A stretch of DNA of 63,733 nt, the filler included, from Aduncisulcus paluster (lineage: Eukaryota), in the NCBI GenBank assembly GCA_024181965.1. It is 34 parts of 34 records of this genome, joined end to end, with 100 filler letters (N's around TTAATTAATTAA, not from the genome) between each part and the next. Parts side by side here need not be neighbours in the genome. Positions count along the whole stretch, not along the records: positions 51,098 to 52,439 come from BQXS01000368.1; positions 52,540 to 54,061 come from BQXS01000370.1; positions 54,162 to 55,512 come from BQXS01000372.1; positions 55,613 to 56,718 come from BQXS01000374.1; positions 56,819 to 58,100 come from BQXS01000375.1; positions 58,201 to 59,485 come from BQXS01000376.1; positions 59,586 to 60,977 come from BQXS01000377.1; positions 61,078 to 62,522 come from BQXS01000378.1; 26 more parts are not named here. One strand, 5' to 3'. Both the position numbers and the translations under genes were made by a program. The notes beneath the pieces were generated by a model. That model ran no database searches and was not told where the DNA came from. It saw only the letters and a list, made by a program, of their open reading frames with translations. This document shows, piece by piece, positions 51,098 through 63,733 of the stretch. The number at the start of each line of letters is the position of its first letter. Positions within the stretch are counted from its first letter, which is position 1.

Positions 51098-51363
51098 AAT
51101 TCTAAAACGGCTTCCTTAAGTTGTGAGATGGGAATGTCTGTTGGAAGTAAAACGTAATATTCGACCTCTGAATAATCATCATATTCGTGGGCGTCTTTCC
51201 ATCTATAAGGAGTTCCTTTACATAGAAGGTCTAAGAATTCCTCAAGATCACTATGATCAATACAGTCACGCTTATCTTTATAGTGGCGCATTGCACACTC
51301 TTCTAGCTCATCCGAAATTAATTCAAACCCTATCCCAGATATTACAGTTGTTCTAATACCCAT
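51098..51363 (-). CDS. Small acidic hypothetical protein, 3'-partial
   Basis: ATG-started open frame MGIRTTVISGIGFEL... Confidence 0.5.
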
Positions 51364-51772
51364 GTTACAGTGTTACAGTGTACCATAAACAATCAGACCA
51401 AAGAAGGTCTTAAAACTAAAAATAGAATGTCGTTCCTTTAACGAAATCTCCTCGTAATAGCCTATTACCTGAGGTAAGGATTGAACCTATTCCTTTTTTC
51501 GATGATTTATCCTTTCACAAGTCATATACCATAATAACATTAAAGATTCTTTATTCACGGTAAACGCCTTGATTTCTCTTGTTTGTATCCTTACTTCGTA
51601 CTTTTAATTCTAGAAGCAGCATTTGTAAAGGAAAGGAGAGTATATGGATTAAAAAAATAATGCCGAAAGTCACATTTATCTCCAGCTCGTCAAAGATAAC
51701 ACACAAAGTGAATTATGAGCGCTTACAGTTTATTGATTCTGCATTTGAACGCTAAATGCGTGTCATCTCGGA

Positions 51773-52411
51773 TGACCATGGCTCAAGGTGTTCTTTTTCC
51801 CAATGACATACCCACCGTTCCCCCCCTTAATGTTCAAACTGGTGACCCTCCAACTACACCAGCCGATGTCCCTCAGGCATCAACTACTACCACACAACAA
51901 GAACCTCCTTCCTCTTTTACTGTTCCGCCTCTCTCAGTCCCTCAACCAACCTCACATCGTCATCGTATGATATCTTCCTGATCACAATCGCTCTGGAGCC
52001 ATCTCAACCCTTATCTCCACTTTTGCTGACATTGACAGTATGATCCGTACTCATGGCCATAGTGAAATCAACAAGGGTCTCGAACGCCTTCTAACATGTA
52101 CCCAGTGCTACTTAGTAGGTCGTAAAAGGAAGCGTGGCAGAAAAGGAAAAGGGGATGGTAAATACCGTAAGAGTGAAAAGTTTATTGATCATGGGCGTAT
52201 TGCAAAGGGTGTCCAAATTGCTCTACAGAAATCTCTTCCTGTGGATGCAAACACTGCCTCGGCAGCCATTGGTGTACAACACCCAGATCTTCCTTCTGGA
52301 GTTTCCCCCTTTGAACGAGAGTGTCACTCCTGGAGTGAAAATATCCTTCACATGAAACTTTCATCTAAATTGAATTCATCTGTGTTGAGAGGCCTTATAT
52401 TTGGTCCATAA
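51773..52411 (+). pseudogene. Hypothetical Pro/Thr-rich gene split by a frameshift near 51975
   Basis: Frame of 52040..52411 is open upstream (DHNRSGAISTLISTFADIDSM), overlapping the end of 51715..51981. Confidence 0.45.
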
Positions 52412-52672
52412 GTTCATATTTAACAATTTGAATTGCTAGNNNNNNNNNNNNNNNNNNNNNNNNNNNNNNNNNNNNNNNNNNNNTTAATTAATTAANNNNN
52501 NNNNNNNNNNNNNNNNNNNNNNNNNNNNNNNNNNNNNNNAATGAACTTTGCCCAGTTCTGGCGACCTAGCTTTCCCAGTTTTGGGGTCGAGACTTCAACT
52601 GAAATCATTTAAGGAATTATTACTAAATAAAGACAAAAAAATAGTATATCACAACGAAACAAGTATTAATAC

Positions 52673-52764
52673 TGTGGGTTAATGATACCCTATTGGATAT
52701 AGCGCACAAATTTACTGAATATAATACACTCATATCGAGTTCCGGCAATGTTCCATATGCCACA
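52673..52764. repeat. Second copy of the 92-bp TGTGG...CCACA element, followed by PBS-like AGGTGGAGAAGG
   Basis: Inverse copy of 44494..44585. Confidence 0.85.
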
Positions 52765-53742
52765 AGGTGGAGAAGGGATTAGGGTTAAAGACAATCATAT
52801 ACCACAGGATCAGTACACGACGTTGAGAAACTGAAGAAAGTATGAGATTAGCCGATAGAGGCTCGGAAAAAGAGAGTTGAGATCCTACTCAGAAGATAGC
52901 GATGACCGAAGATTTTGAGGGGCAGAATGTTATATGCCGTTATGAGACGGTCAGGAACCGGTTAGAAACGAGATTCTCAATGGATCTATTTATAGAACGT
53001 TCAATGTTTATCCATCTTCAATAAATTGCTTACCGCAACAAAGGATTGATGGAGATGAAATCAAGAGAGAGATATGAATACTCTAACAAAAAAAAAAAAC
53101 AGCGAAAATAACCTTTTCTACTCAAATCAGATCGATATTTTTGTTTGTTGTTCTAAAAATAGATCATCTAAAAATAGACAAAGAATTACAATTCGTTTGA
53201 GTTTGTGGAGTTAAATGGTCATATACATCTATTTGTTTCGAATTATGTATCGTGAACGCATCACAAACAAGAAAGAAAATGTCATGGTACAATAGAAATG
53301 GAAATATTTTCCTGTACATTACAATATCTTTGGGAAGAAATGAGCAATGAACACAACATAACACGAGGGGCAAAGGAATTCATTTTGTGATAGATACGAT
53401 AATACACATGTGTATCCATGAAAGAAATATACCTTGATGTTTTTGTTGATGGAAAAAAAAAAAAAAGGTGTGAGATGAGCTCTGTGAGATTCGAGTTTCC
53501 GCTTAACAAAAGACAAAAAAATTTGACTCCACTGTCAGTGAATCAACAAGTTATCGAAATAAAATATTATCTCAAAGAAAAATGCTCATTTAACTCCAAA
53601 AATTTGATTAATGGTATCAGGTTTATTTATAGGACGTAACAGGTTCTCGCTAAATTTTTAAACACTAGGATTTTACGATAAATTGTTTCAGTAAAATTGG
53701 GTTTAATTTGCGAGATTTTTGGGTGTTTTTTGGCTGAAAGAA

Positions 53743-54061
53743 CTAAAAGCTTAGGTGACTACCCTTGCTCTTTGGTTCTTTCTTTTGGATTAAATTCCAG
53801 CTGTAAGACGATACACAAGTCGCTTCTCTTATGCACAGGCCTCTTCCAAGCCCACATAGAAGGGTAGATGCCCATCTACGTGATCTCTCTTCTCTGGTTC
53901 GGCCAGGTACCATGAAATCGGTTCCATTCCTCCGTACGTGCTCAATAAACTCCCAAGCTTTCTCTCCAATGGCTCCAATTGTTGTCAAGGCGAAGGGTAT
54001 CAAAAGATAGGGTTGGTGCTTTTTAGCACAGCCTGTGTCAACAATATTGGCAAAAGGGTCT
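53743..54061 (-). mobile_element. C-terminal end of a CRE-like RLE non-LTR retrotransposon ORF
   Basis: KKHQPYLLIPFALTTIGAIGEKAWEF resembles the K..KY...F.PF...T.G..G..A..F tail of RLE domains. Confidence 0.6.
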
Positions 54062-54161
54062 NNNNNNNNNNNNNNNNNNNNNNNNNNNNNNNNNNNNNNN
54101 NNNNNTTAATTAATTAANNNNNNNNNNNNNNNNNNNNNNNNNNNNNNNNNNNNNNNNNNNN

Positions 54162-55512
54162 GAGACGAAGAGAAGGCATTCTTGGAACACCTAAGCAACC
54201 ACTATGGCAACAAGACTACACTCGACACATTTTACTCATTGGATACTATCAAGCTTCGTGAGGTTTCCGAAGATAAGGTGGCCGCTTACGTTACCAAGTA
54301 TAAGGCAACACTTAGGCGCCTGGCCGAGGATGAGACTCTGGGAGACAAAGCCCTGACTGAACAGTTCCTCAAGGGAATTAAGCACCCCCGTTTCCGTTTG
54401 CGCATGAAAGCTGCACTTGAGGGTGGCTACAAGGATATGTCCGGTCTCACGAGGTTAATATTTCAACAGGTCCAACTCGTACTAGAGACTCTCGAAGATG
54501 CGAAGGGATATTTGGAGGAACCCCGAGGCACTGGACGCTCTGACAAGGGTTTCGGAACCCAAAGACCAACTGGTAAGAACCTCCGCAAAGACCATCGTAC
54601 GAGACGTGTACCTAGGGACAAACAGGAGATTGTATGCTGGAAGTGTGGTAAGAAAGGACATTTCGCTTCTGAGTGCACCGCTAGTACCAATACTACTAGT
54701 AAGGACAGAAAGGAGGTAACATGCTTCAACTGTAAAAAGGTGGGGCATTATGCTTCCGAATGTCCCCGGAAAACTGGAGACAAACCGTCTGCGCCTGGTT
54801 CCAGAAGTTCCTTTCGCCCGGTAATTTCAACCAGTAAACCGGGAAGTCCTTATTTGTTAATTAGTTTATTCAGTACGGACAAAGCCAAGGCTGTGGAGAA
54901 AACGGCAATCCTGGACACTGGAGCTGTTTTCAATATCATCTCTCAGTCTTTGTTAGCCGAGCTTGAAGGTTTGGATATCGTCAACAAGCTCCCATGCACA
55001 CTGGAATTAGTTCTTGGCGACGGTAGGATCATTCAAGCCGAAGGAAAAGTTTCTCTGACATTGAGAACACGTCATCCGGATACTGGAGGTTTCTTTGAAT
55101 TCCAGGACGATTTTATTGTTATAGCGATGGAAAAATCGGCTGATCACCAGATTTTCATCGGGTATCAAACGATTTGCCAAAAAGATTTATTCAATTTCAT
55201 GAAGTTGCCACTGGATCAAGGTTCTGAGATGATCCCTGACATCAACCTTGAGTCGTGGTTGTGGGAATCTAAGGAGAGGATTCCTGAGGAAGAATCCATG
55301 ATATTGCACGGATTCTCTGTCGGTACAGAGCTCTGTGCTGGAATAGAAAAGATATTAGAGGACTTCGACCATCAAATGGATGGCAGCGAAAGTATCCCTC
55401 CGCTGGTTATCCGTTTGAAACCAGATGCAGAATTCACGGCGAAGTCTGCAAGAAGGATCCCAAGAGCTCGAAGAGCTTTTGTGGAGAAGGAAGTCAAGGA
55501 TTTATTGGAGAA
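54162..55512 (+). mobile_element. Ty3/Gypsy gag (two CCHC knuckles)-protease-RT start in one frame
   Basis: CWKCGKKGHFASEC, CFNCKKVGHYASEC, AILDTGA, RRIPRARRAFVEKEVKDLL. Confidence 0.93.
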
Positions 55513-55612
55513 NNNNNNNNNNNNNNNNNNNNNNNNNNNNNNNNNNNNNNNNNNNNTTAATTAATTAANNNNNNNNNNNNNNNNNNNNNNNNNNNNNNNN
55601 NNNNNNNNNNNN

Positions 55613-56075
55613 GCCATCTTCCTTTCCCTGTAATCTCACACAGAACAACATCAGGGAGATCAACAGGAAGGAAATACCAACGATCACCTCTAAATTCAGG
55701 AAATTCGTACTTTTTGGATGTTTTCTCACCCTTTGAAGATGTGAGAGTGATGATAAGGTGTGATGGAGGTGAAGTAAAATCCCATAGACAAATATAAGCC
55801 CCTTTCATTGAGGAAGATGAAGAGAAAGGAATCGAGATATGGGTAAAATATGCTAAATCAAACTGACCTTCTGCTTTCATCATCTCTTGTGCTTCAGAAC
55901 TCTGATCGTACCCAAATTCACCTTCTTCCTTGGTTCCATCTATTGCTTTGATAGTTGGAAACTTTGCACTCTTAATATTGGGGGCATCTCCAGGAATTAG
56001 ACAGCACCACTTATTTCCTTCATGAATAAACTCAGGTTGCACAGTTTGAATAACAGCATCTGTGGATGAACTCAT
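55613..56075 (-). CDS. 'MKGAYIC' family protein, 3'-partial
   Basis: HISIPF...MKGAYIC...KKYEFPEF...WYFLPVDLPDVVLCEITGKG, homologous to 30595..31465. Confidence 0.85.
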
Positions 56076-57719
56076 TTGAATAGAGATAGAATATCTTATC
56101 TAAAAAATAAAACCAAGCAGAATAACAATAGTATTTGTGGACAAACAGAATAAATGCGAATTTCAAGGAGAACGGTCCGAGAAACAAAGACAAAACTAAC
56201 AAAATGAATAAAACGAACAAGAAACGACCACACAGCACAATATAGTTAGTATAATTGAATGAATCCGGTTAAAATAGTTCTTAATATCCATCTAATAAAA
56301 GACGCAACATATAGTAAACATACAATTTGCTTGTACGACGAGAAATCGAAAAAATGGAGGACTGAACAAGCAACCCTTCAATAGATAAGATTAGAAATTT
56401 AAAAAAACACATATAAACGAGTTAAATGCTGGTAAATGATAAAAACATGTTATATTTTCATTTCCATGCCATGGTGTTTATTCTCGATATCTCAGGCTTT
56501 TGGAGAACCCTCAGGACTGGATATAGTTCCATTTCACGTGTTAAGAACATTTATGAACGATTTCAATGCTATTCAATAACATGGATATATTTCCATTTCA
56601 TTTCTATCCTTATCCTTGCCTTTCTGTTCATTTTCACTTGCTTTTGCTTACAATCAAAAATATCAAGAACTCGGAATACGATGGTATACATGTGTCTGTA
56701 TACTGCTACGAATCTAATNNNNNNNNNNNNNNNNNNNNNNNNNNNNNNNNNNNNNNNNNNNNTTAATTAATTAANNNNNNNNNNNNNNNNNNNNNNNNNN
56801 NNNNNNNNNNNNNNNNNNGAAACAAAAAGATGCCATGTTGACTTCGAGATGGGAATCAAGACAAGAAGTATCCCATGGCTAAAAATCACCGATCAGGAAT
56901 GCGAATCTCTATCTCACGAAATTAATGTAAAAATAGAATTATAGCATTATAAAATATATATATAAATATAATTTTGTTACATTCCTTCCAAAATATATTT
57001 CCTTTGAGCACCAGCGGTCGTGAACAGGAACGCGAAGGGCAATGTGGCGAATTAAACCCGGATTTGGCGTGATACAATTATATAATAGAAGGAAAAACTC
57101 TTCATTTATTAATGCCCAATCTTTTTTGAACTGTATTTTCAGAATAAGTCTTACATATTTCCTGGAATTGGACATGTTTAATTTGCTTGTCATAATATCT
57201 GTCATAGTGTGAAGGAACAACATCATTAAAGTGTATAAACTCGAACGAACTTGTGTTTTTACTAAATATTAAAACATGTGGGCCGATTTATTATTGTAAG
57301 TTTTGGAATATGTGTGGATGAATATCACCACGACGTTCAATGCCCCGAGGACACTACAGATGGACTAATGAGGCCCTGTTTTCAACTGTTTCGTGTATTC
57401 TATACTTATCTCCTCGGCTCTTGAATGTTGTTAGAAATTGGGTTCGCCTTGCTATTATATATATTAGCAAGTACTGTATCTCTAACTTAAATCCATGGCA
57501 TGAACTATTATGAAGATACCATTTCAATGTTATGATACGGCATGTTATAGCATAATTTATTTGTCCATGAGCAATAATAATTTAAGAAGTTATACTCTCA
57601 TCATATCTGAAAGACGAATGCAATTATCAATGCCATACAATAATCAACCAATTTGATAGCCACTAAATATGAATTATATACACATTTTACTTCTCGTGCA
57701 ATTGAACATCATCCCCAGA

Positions 57720-58100
57720 TTATTCATCGTCGATTTCTATCCGATCATGAGGATGACAAATAACACATTTACCACGAAGAAATAGGTGGCATCGTTCCTT
57801 CTGTTCATCCTGTGAGCAATGCATCATATCATCAGAAATAATTCTTCTTTTATAAATGACACCACTCATCATATTCGTCGATTTCACATATTGAATAGAT
57901 TGTGAAGCCATTGCTAATTCTTTCTTAGATTCTTCCTCAATGACTTGTTCCTTGAAAGATACATTTATCATTGATATCCCACCACTTTCAAATATCCCAA
58001 TAAATCGTTCAGTTTTGAATTTTTCATATTGATGATTCACTTTCCATCTCCGAGACGAATCATCGCTTTCTAAAACATACATTTCCTTTGATATAGCTTC
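57720..58100 (-). CDS. Hypothetical protein C-terminus
   Basis: 120+ aa open frame to contig edge, followed by AT-rich sequence. Confidence 0.5.
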   Translation of the reverse strand, partial: EAISKEMYVLESDDSSRRWKVNHQYEKFKTERFIGIFESGGISMINVSFKEQVIEEESKKELAMASQSIQYVKSTNMMSGVIYKRRIISDDMMHCSQDEQKERCHLFLRGKCVICHPHDRIEIDDE

Positions 58101-58200
58101 NNNNNNNNNNNNNNNNNNNNNNNNNNNNNNNNNNNNNNNNNNNNTTAATTAATTAANNNNNNNNNNNNNNNNNNNNNNNNNNNNNNNNNNNNNNNNNNNN

Positions 58201-59485
58201 CAGGGTCACCACCAAGATCTTCTCCTTTATCCTGAATGTATGCATGCAACCTCTCGATCTTGCTCTGCATACTCTTCAATTGCAACGAATGGTGTGGTTT
58301 GATTCCTGTGGGTGGCTGGTCAAGCATGTTACTGATGGATGTCTTCAGCTTGGCGAGCATTTCACGCAACTTCTTCGTTTCTTCGGTCGACGAAGCCTCG
58401 AAGATACGTTCTTTGGAGCATGACAGACAGAGAGATGTGAAAGAGATCATGGAGTCAATGTGCTCTTGACTGGTTGACAGATGACATTGCTTACCCTTGT
58501 AACGGATATCTTTAAGAACATCGAGGAAACGAGTGGCTTCCTCGTTAAACTTCTTACAGATACTGATGGTCACTTCCTTCATAATGGCATCTCTTGATGT
58601 GCGAGATTTAGTTGAGGTTCTCACTTTCTCACCTTCAAAGTGTTGTTCCTCAGCATCAACTCCATCAACTCCATATTTTCCGGCATCTTCTTCATCATCT
58701 TCTTCATCATGATCATGCAAATGTTCCTTCTCAATGATCTTGAGGGTGGCAGATTCATGCTGTTTGAGAATCTTATCGAGTTCAGAGTTTACAGTCTTGT
58801 TCCTATCATCATCAGACATCGCAGTGATATCGACAATGGGCACAGCAAAATCATCCTCGGATTTCTTGGATTGTGGCCGAACAAAGAATTCATTGTAACT
58901 TTCCACAATGAGTGAAAGGGCTTGTTCTCCAAAGGAAAGTTCGAGGGCGGATGATGTGGAATGGGAAGAATAGGATTGGATGACACTGAGAACATCATCA
59001 ATGATGGATAACGTGATGGGATCAACACTCTTCTTTCGGAGATTAGCCAATTGTGATGGAGTGGAGTATTGGGGGAACAGGGAAAAGAAAAGGAGTAAAG
59101 AGACAGAGTTGGTGCCAAATTCACGATATTCAAAACTCTCGAGACTGAACTTCATATAATCAACTTCATCAGCAAGGAATAGTTTGCGGGCGATTCTATT
59201 CCTAATTCCGTGACGAATGGAGAATGAACTATATTTCTTCCGAATTTTTGGGAGATCTCTTCGTCCAGAAAATTCTTTGTTTCCCTCATCCCATTGTTGT
59301 TCCTTCAACTTCTCAAAGTTCTCCATTGATAAATCATATTCTTGATAATGCAAGAACTGGTACAAGAGTTCAAGGAAGAACTCAAAGGATTCTGCAGATA
59401 CTTCATAGTCATATTTGAATGCAATGTTGTACGTTTCAAATGAGTCAACAATGTGTGTAGTCAGCTCATCATCACATGTTTCATC
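58201..59485 (-). CDS. Hypothetical helical protein, partial at both ends
   Basis: Frame open across the entire contig. Confidence 0.75.
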
Positions 59486-60476
59486 NNNNNNNNNNNNNNN
59501 NNNNNNNNNNNNNNNNNNNNNNNNNNNNNTTAATTAATTAANNNNNNNNNNNNNNNNNNNNNNNNNNNNNNNNNNNNNNNNNNNNTCCTTTTCTTCAGGA
59601 CTTGTGGTTGTGAATGAACTCATTAACTATCGTATTGAAATAGAATTATAATGAATAATATGGTTCAAAAGTGATAATCTTAAAAGAATTGTATAAAAAA
59701 ACCCCAGTCAATATTGTTAGTGGAAATATGATCAAGGGACATGAAAAGAGGGAAATAAGAAACAATTGAATCACTTTAAGAAGAATTTACATACAATGAA
59801 AACAAAAATTGTTTACACTTGCAGCGATAAACGCTATTTCTGAACTTAAAGTATCTAATGTCATATATGACTATGCCTTTTGGTGAAAAATGCAGATCAA
59901 ATAGAATATGAATCATTTATTAATTTATATGCTCAAAATATATCTTGATTCGGGAGTTGTACATTTTCGTTGACAAGTTGTCAAAAATATCCACTCTGAT
60001 AATAACACACTCTGCTAAATACAGTATATCGAATATATTTTAAGTTTACATCTTCCAAAGCCAAAAATTAGAATAGAATAGAATCCATTGGATTTACTGA
60101 GGAGATTTCAATCCGTATCGAAACCTGAAATAATAGAAAGGGAGAACAGTGTTCTCAGAAGAACATAGACAACAAATTGAATGAAGATACATCAGAAACT
60201 GAAATATTTACATCAAAAAGGAGGAAAAGAAGAGGAAAAATGAAAGTTTCGTAAAACATTGAAAATGCAGGAAAAAAAATATTTTCGTGACAAAACAAAA
60301 CAATATAATGAATATTATCATCCAAAGATGATTGTTTTAGGTTGAGAAAAAGTCGCTTTGTTACTTCCCCAAATTTGTCGGAAGTCCAAAAGATGATATG
60401 ATCTATAAATAAATTCTTTCACTTTTCTTTTTTTCTTTGAGTATAAAATCAAGTTTAGTCTCATAATTCATACTAA

Positions 60477-60977
60477 ATGTCTGAAAAAAGCGGTCTTCTA
60501 GCCTTAATCTTCTGTATTCCTCCTATGGGGATCTTTGGTCTCCAACATTTCTACATTGGAGATATCTGCACCGGTCTTATCTATCTCTTTACATGCGGTA
60601 TCTTTGGATTTGGTTGGCTCTTTGATCTTTGCACGATCAGTGATAAGGTTGCAAGGAAAAATGCTATGAACAGAACCTATCACGTTCCCCCCACTGCTGT
60701 CCAAGTCACTGGTGGCGCCCCGAATCCTCTTCTTGCCCAATTTGTTCAGAGCACTCTCACCCAACAAGCTGTTCAACAATCGCAACAAGCCCAGCTTACC
60801 CAACAACTGATGCAGCAACAGAAGGAGACAATTGAGGCTTCTCGTCGGGAGAAAGAGTATCTTGCCAAGCAAGCCAGAGAAAAAGAGGAGCGCGAAAGGA
60901 AAGAAAAGGAGGAAAAAGCAAGAGAAGACAAAATCAGAGAAGAAATGAGGAAGGAGTTTATGATTCAACAGCAGCAA
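60477..60977 (+). CDS. TM2-domain membrane protein with Q/E/K-rich coiled tail, 3'-partial
   Basis: GIFGLQHFYIG....GLIYLFTCGIFGFGWLFDL is the TM2 signature. Confidence 0.88.
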
Positions 60978-61077
60978 NNNNNNNNNNNNNNNNNNNNNNN
61001 NNNNNNNNNNNNNNNNNNNNNTTAATTAATTAANNNNNNNNNNNNNNNNNNNNNNNNNNNNNNNNNNNNNNNNNNNN

Positions 61078-61356
61078 GAGAGTTTTCCTCGTTTTAGGAC
61101 TATTTGCGCCGATAAAGCACCAAGTAAAGCCATCGGTGACCTATTAGACAAGCCTATTATCTCAGCTTCACCAGAAGGGAATATGTGTTTTCTCTCAGCG
61201 ATTTTAGTGTCTATAGGGGCTATAAGTGTTGGTCAAATTCATGATGTGACATCTACAGAACGGGTGAGAGAGCTGTGGAACAAAATAGTAGAAGAAATCG
61301 CCGTGGACCTTTCAAAGGTTATGTCCGTCAAAAAAAACGAAGAATTATGTATGTAA
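61078..61356 (+). CDS. Hypothetical protein C-terminus (92 aa, not in ORF track)
   Basis: Open from contig edge ESFPRFRTICADK... to TAA at 61354. Confidence 0.5.
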   Translation, partial: ESFPRFRTICADKAPSKAIGDLLDKPIISASPEGNMCFLSAILVSIGAISVGQIHDVTSTERVRELWNKIVEEIAVDLSKVMSVKKNEELCM

Positions 61357-61722
61357 CAAGATTCAAAATGGTTACAGTGACCCAAAAATAGTTCAAAAAA
61401 CTGCTGATCTCCTTGGAATAGATATTTCTATTTTACAGTTGTTCTCCCCAGAAATATCTAACGAGAGGGAATATCAAGAATTTTGGAGATTTTACGGGAT
61501 GAATATGATCTTTTTCCATACGCAATGACAATATCCATTACCACTTCATCATGATTCATCTGTTCTGCATGCAAAAGGATGAGTTTTTTGTTATACCTAG
61601 TAAACATGAGAAAAATAAATTTTAGAGAACTTATTTTTGACGTTTGCTCATTTATTAATATATTTCTATCATTTATTATATAAAATAATTAGAGTATGAG
61701 AATTCAAAAGGCTGGAAGGTGG

Positions 61723-61774
61723 GCGATTCTGAAGCTTTACTTTTGCGATTCTGAAGCTTTACTTTTGCGATTCT
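61723..61774. repeat. 22-bp tandem repeat, 2.4 copies
   Basis: GCGATTCTGAAGCTTTACTTTT x2 + GCGATTCT. Confidence 0.9.
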
Positions 61775-61942
61775 ACGTAGACGCACGGCGTAGTGGCGAA
61801 ATAAAATATTGGATTTTCTTTGCAAATATTAGTATTTATAATCAACCGTATGTTTTTTTTTTTAATTAATCATTATTTTGTCACCGTTGAAGATATTTTT
61901 CAAGCCATTTAACTATTTTTTTCCCCGAAGTGTGGTATACCT

Positions 61943-62522
61943 TCCTAGGGGTAATGTGATACAATTTACTTATGGGGAATCTGACCTACCACACCCTCCT
62001 CCTTCTAAGGGGGATGTCGCAATAAACTAACTAAATCGTGGTATAACCTTGTGGTGACCATTCTCAGGGACATTCTAAAAATAGATTGGTTCGCTCGAGA
62101 TCTGTTTATTAATAAATTGGACCGCATTATAGTTAGTTTGGCCACATTTTGATCAAAATCCTATCAAACTAAAGTTTATTGTATAATTGACGCCAAAATT
62201 TTTCTGTTAAAATGGTACAAACAAGAAGCCAATTGAAAAACGCCAATACAGGTGAAAATGATGAAGAATTTGAAATTGTTGGTGATTTACCAACTGAACG
62301 CCATGATAGTGATGCCAGTCATGGTGAAAATGCCAAAGAATCTGATGAAAAGGAAAAGTCTGATTTATTGTCCGATGATGGAATTTCAAAGGAAAAAGAT
62401 GATTCTAAGGCCATAATTTCTTCTAAGAGTGATGCTGAACGCCATGTTTTTACTGATAAAACACCAGTTCAAGTTCGTAGTGAAATGAAGTCAAGTTTCT
62501 TGACAAGCCAAGTACGCCACTC
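61943..62522 (+). mobile_element. Possible LTR-retrotransposon 5' region: PPT-like/LTR start, PBS-like TGGTGACC and gag-like ORF start at 62212
   Basis: CCTAGGGGTAA|TGTGATA, AATAAA, TGTGGTGACCAT (~62050), ORF begins MVQTRSQ as many Gag proteins do. Confidence 0.4.
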
Positions 62523-62622
62523 NNNNNNNNNNNNNNNNNNNNNNNNNNNNNNNNNNNNNNNNNNNNTTAATTAATTAANNNNNNNNNNNNNNNNNNNNNN
62601 NNNNNNNNNNNNNNNNNNNNNN

Positions 62623-63733
62623 CCAAGAGTTCTATTCCTTCAGAAGCCCAACGCACTGCCAAGAAATATCTTGACCACATCGAGACAGTTGGGAAGGAAG
62701 GTGATGTATTCGGTCTAAGTTTGTTTGGGAGGATCATTCGGAAAGGATACATTGACGACAAACAACACATTCCTCTTGTTGAATCTAGATGGCATATGCT
62801 GTTTTCGCATGGAAATATACGACAGCAAACCGAAGGATTTCCAACATTCGAACAGATTCAATCAGAGATAAAGATGTCAGGCCAACAAGCCTGCTCATTT
62901 TCTGATTCCTTCGAGAAACTATTGTTCCAACAAACCAAATCCAAGGGTAGTACGGACGAGTATGCTACATCATTGCCAGCTCTCTATTCCACTTCCCCAT
63001 TGAAAGAAGATGGTGGGAAAGAAGGTTCTAGTGAAGAGTGTATGGATTCCAATCAGAACACTAATCACTTTGATGGAGGCGATAAATTAGACAATCCAAT
63101 CAGAGGTTTTCCCATAAAACCTTCGGTTAAGAAGGAATCAATAATTCCACTCGAAGTTCTTGCCAAAAACAAACTTTTTGAGATGAAAAGGATGAAAACT
63201 AAACTTTATGATATTTGTATCGCTCGATTTTTCCTTCTCCTTTTCTTTATTAACCTTTTTGTGTGCATAATTGGGAGTCTTTTCCACTTTCCAACTGAAA
63301 TTGTATTTTTCTTATTTATTTTTGCATTGATTGGCTTAGCCACGGTTCTATTTTTAAATTCGATATCGAAATACTTCATGATTGTGATTGGTATTTCTAT
63401 TGTTGTGATAATTCTAATGCCTGCTGCTGTATCCTTCTGTCAAGCTCTGTCTTCTTTCCCTCCTTTCGGATTTTTTTATCTATCAATGTGGAAAATCACC
63501 ATTCTAATGTTTCTTTCGTTCATATTCTTCATTCTTTTCAAACCAATCAAACGAATTAGAGATCAAGAACTCAAAAATGCTCGCAAAATGAGTATTTCTT
63601 CGCACTCCACATCTCCAACTCTTAATAATGGCAGAGAGCAGCATTTTTCTCAAAATGGAATGCAAAAGAAGCCCTTTTCCCCAATGCCAAAAAATGGCAG
63701 GATCAAGATAGATCAGGAGAGAATCAGCGCCAT
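62623..63733 (+). CDS. Multi-pass membrane protein (~4 TM helices), open at both ends; missed by the ORF track
   Basis: Frame from 62625 has no stop to window end; hydrophobic segments FFLLLFFINLFVCIIG, IVFFLFIFALIGLATVLFL, FMIVIGISIVVIILM, ITILMFLSFIFFILF. Confidence 0.8.

Noticed and set aside
1368-62622. Regularly recurring TTAATTAATTAA motif (array- or CRISPR-like)
   Set aside because: Embedded in N runs of fixed length; an artificial contig linker. ORF tails 'XXXLIN' come from it.

Overview
This window is not one locus. It is 34 short contigs or scaffolds (mostly 1.1-6 kb) joined by a 100-bp artificial linker (44 N + TTAATTAATTAA + 44 N, a stop in all six frames), so adjacency across linkers means nothing and most genes are partial. 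The content is eukaryotic, uses the standard genetic code and is nearly intron-free. It fits an anaerobic metamonad/fornicate protist: the gene families resemble those I associate with Aduncisulcus paluster, which is an inference and was not checked by search. Main contents: (i) eight fragments of a modular surface-protein family combining internalin-like LRRs with Cys-rich/EGF-like caps; (ii) five distinct Ty3/Gypsy gag/pol fragments, plus LTR-, PPT- and PBS-like sequences and a possible gag start; (iii) two fragments of CRE/SLACS-like RLE non-LTR retrotransposons; (iv) housekeeping or metabolic genes: Fe-containing butanol-type alcohol dehydrogenase, PHO80/P-type cyclin, SAM methyltransferase, signal-peptide-bearing Fe/Mn SOD, TTLL fragment, malic enzyme fragment and TM2-domain protein; (v) lineage-specific hypothetical families. 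The most interesting signal is in the LRR genes, where AT-rich LRR blocks with variable, aromatic-rich concave faces sit inside GC-rich conserved frameworks, and identical DNA modules are shared between loci. This suggests a recombinational LRR repertoire, but it is only a hypothesis. Homopolymer frameshifts, duplicated gap flanks and at least one chimeric junction show that the assembly is noisy.
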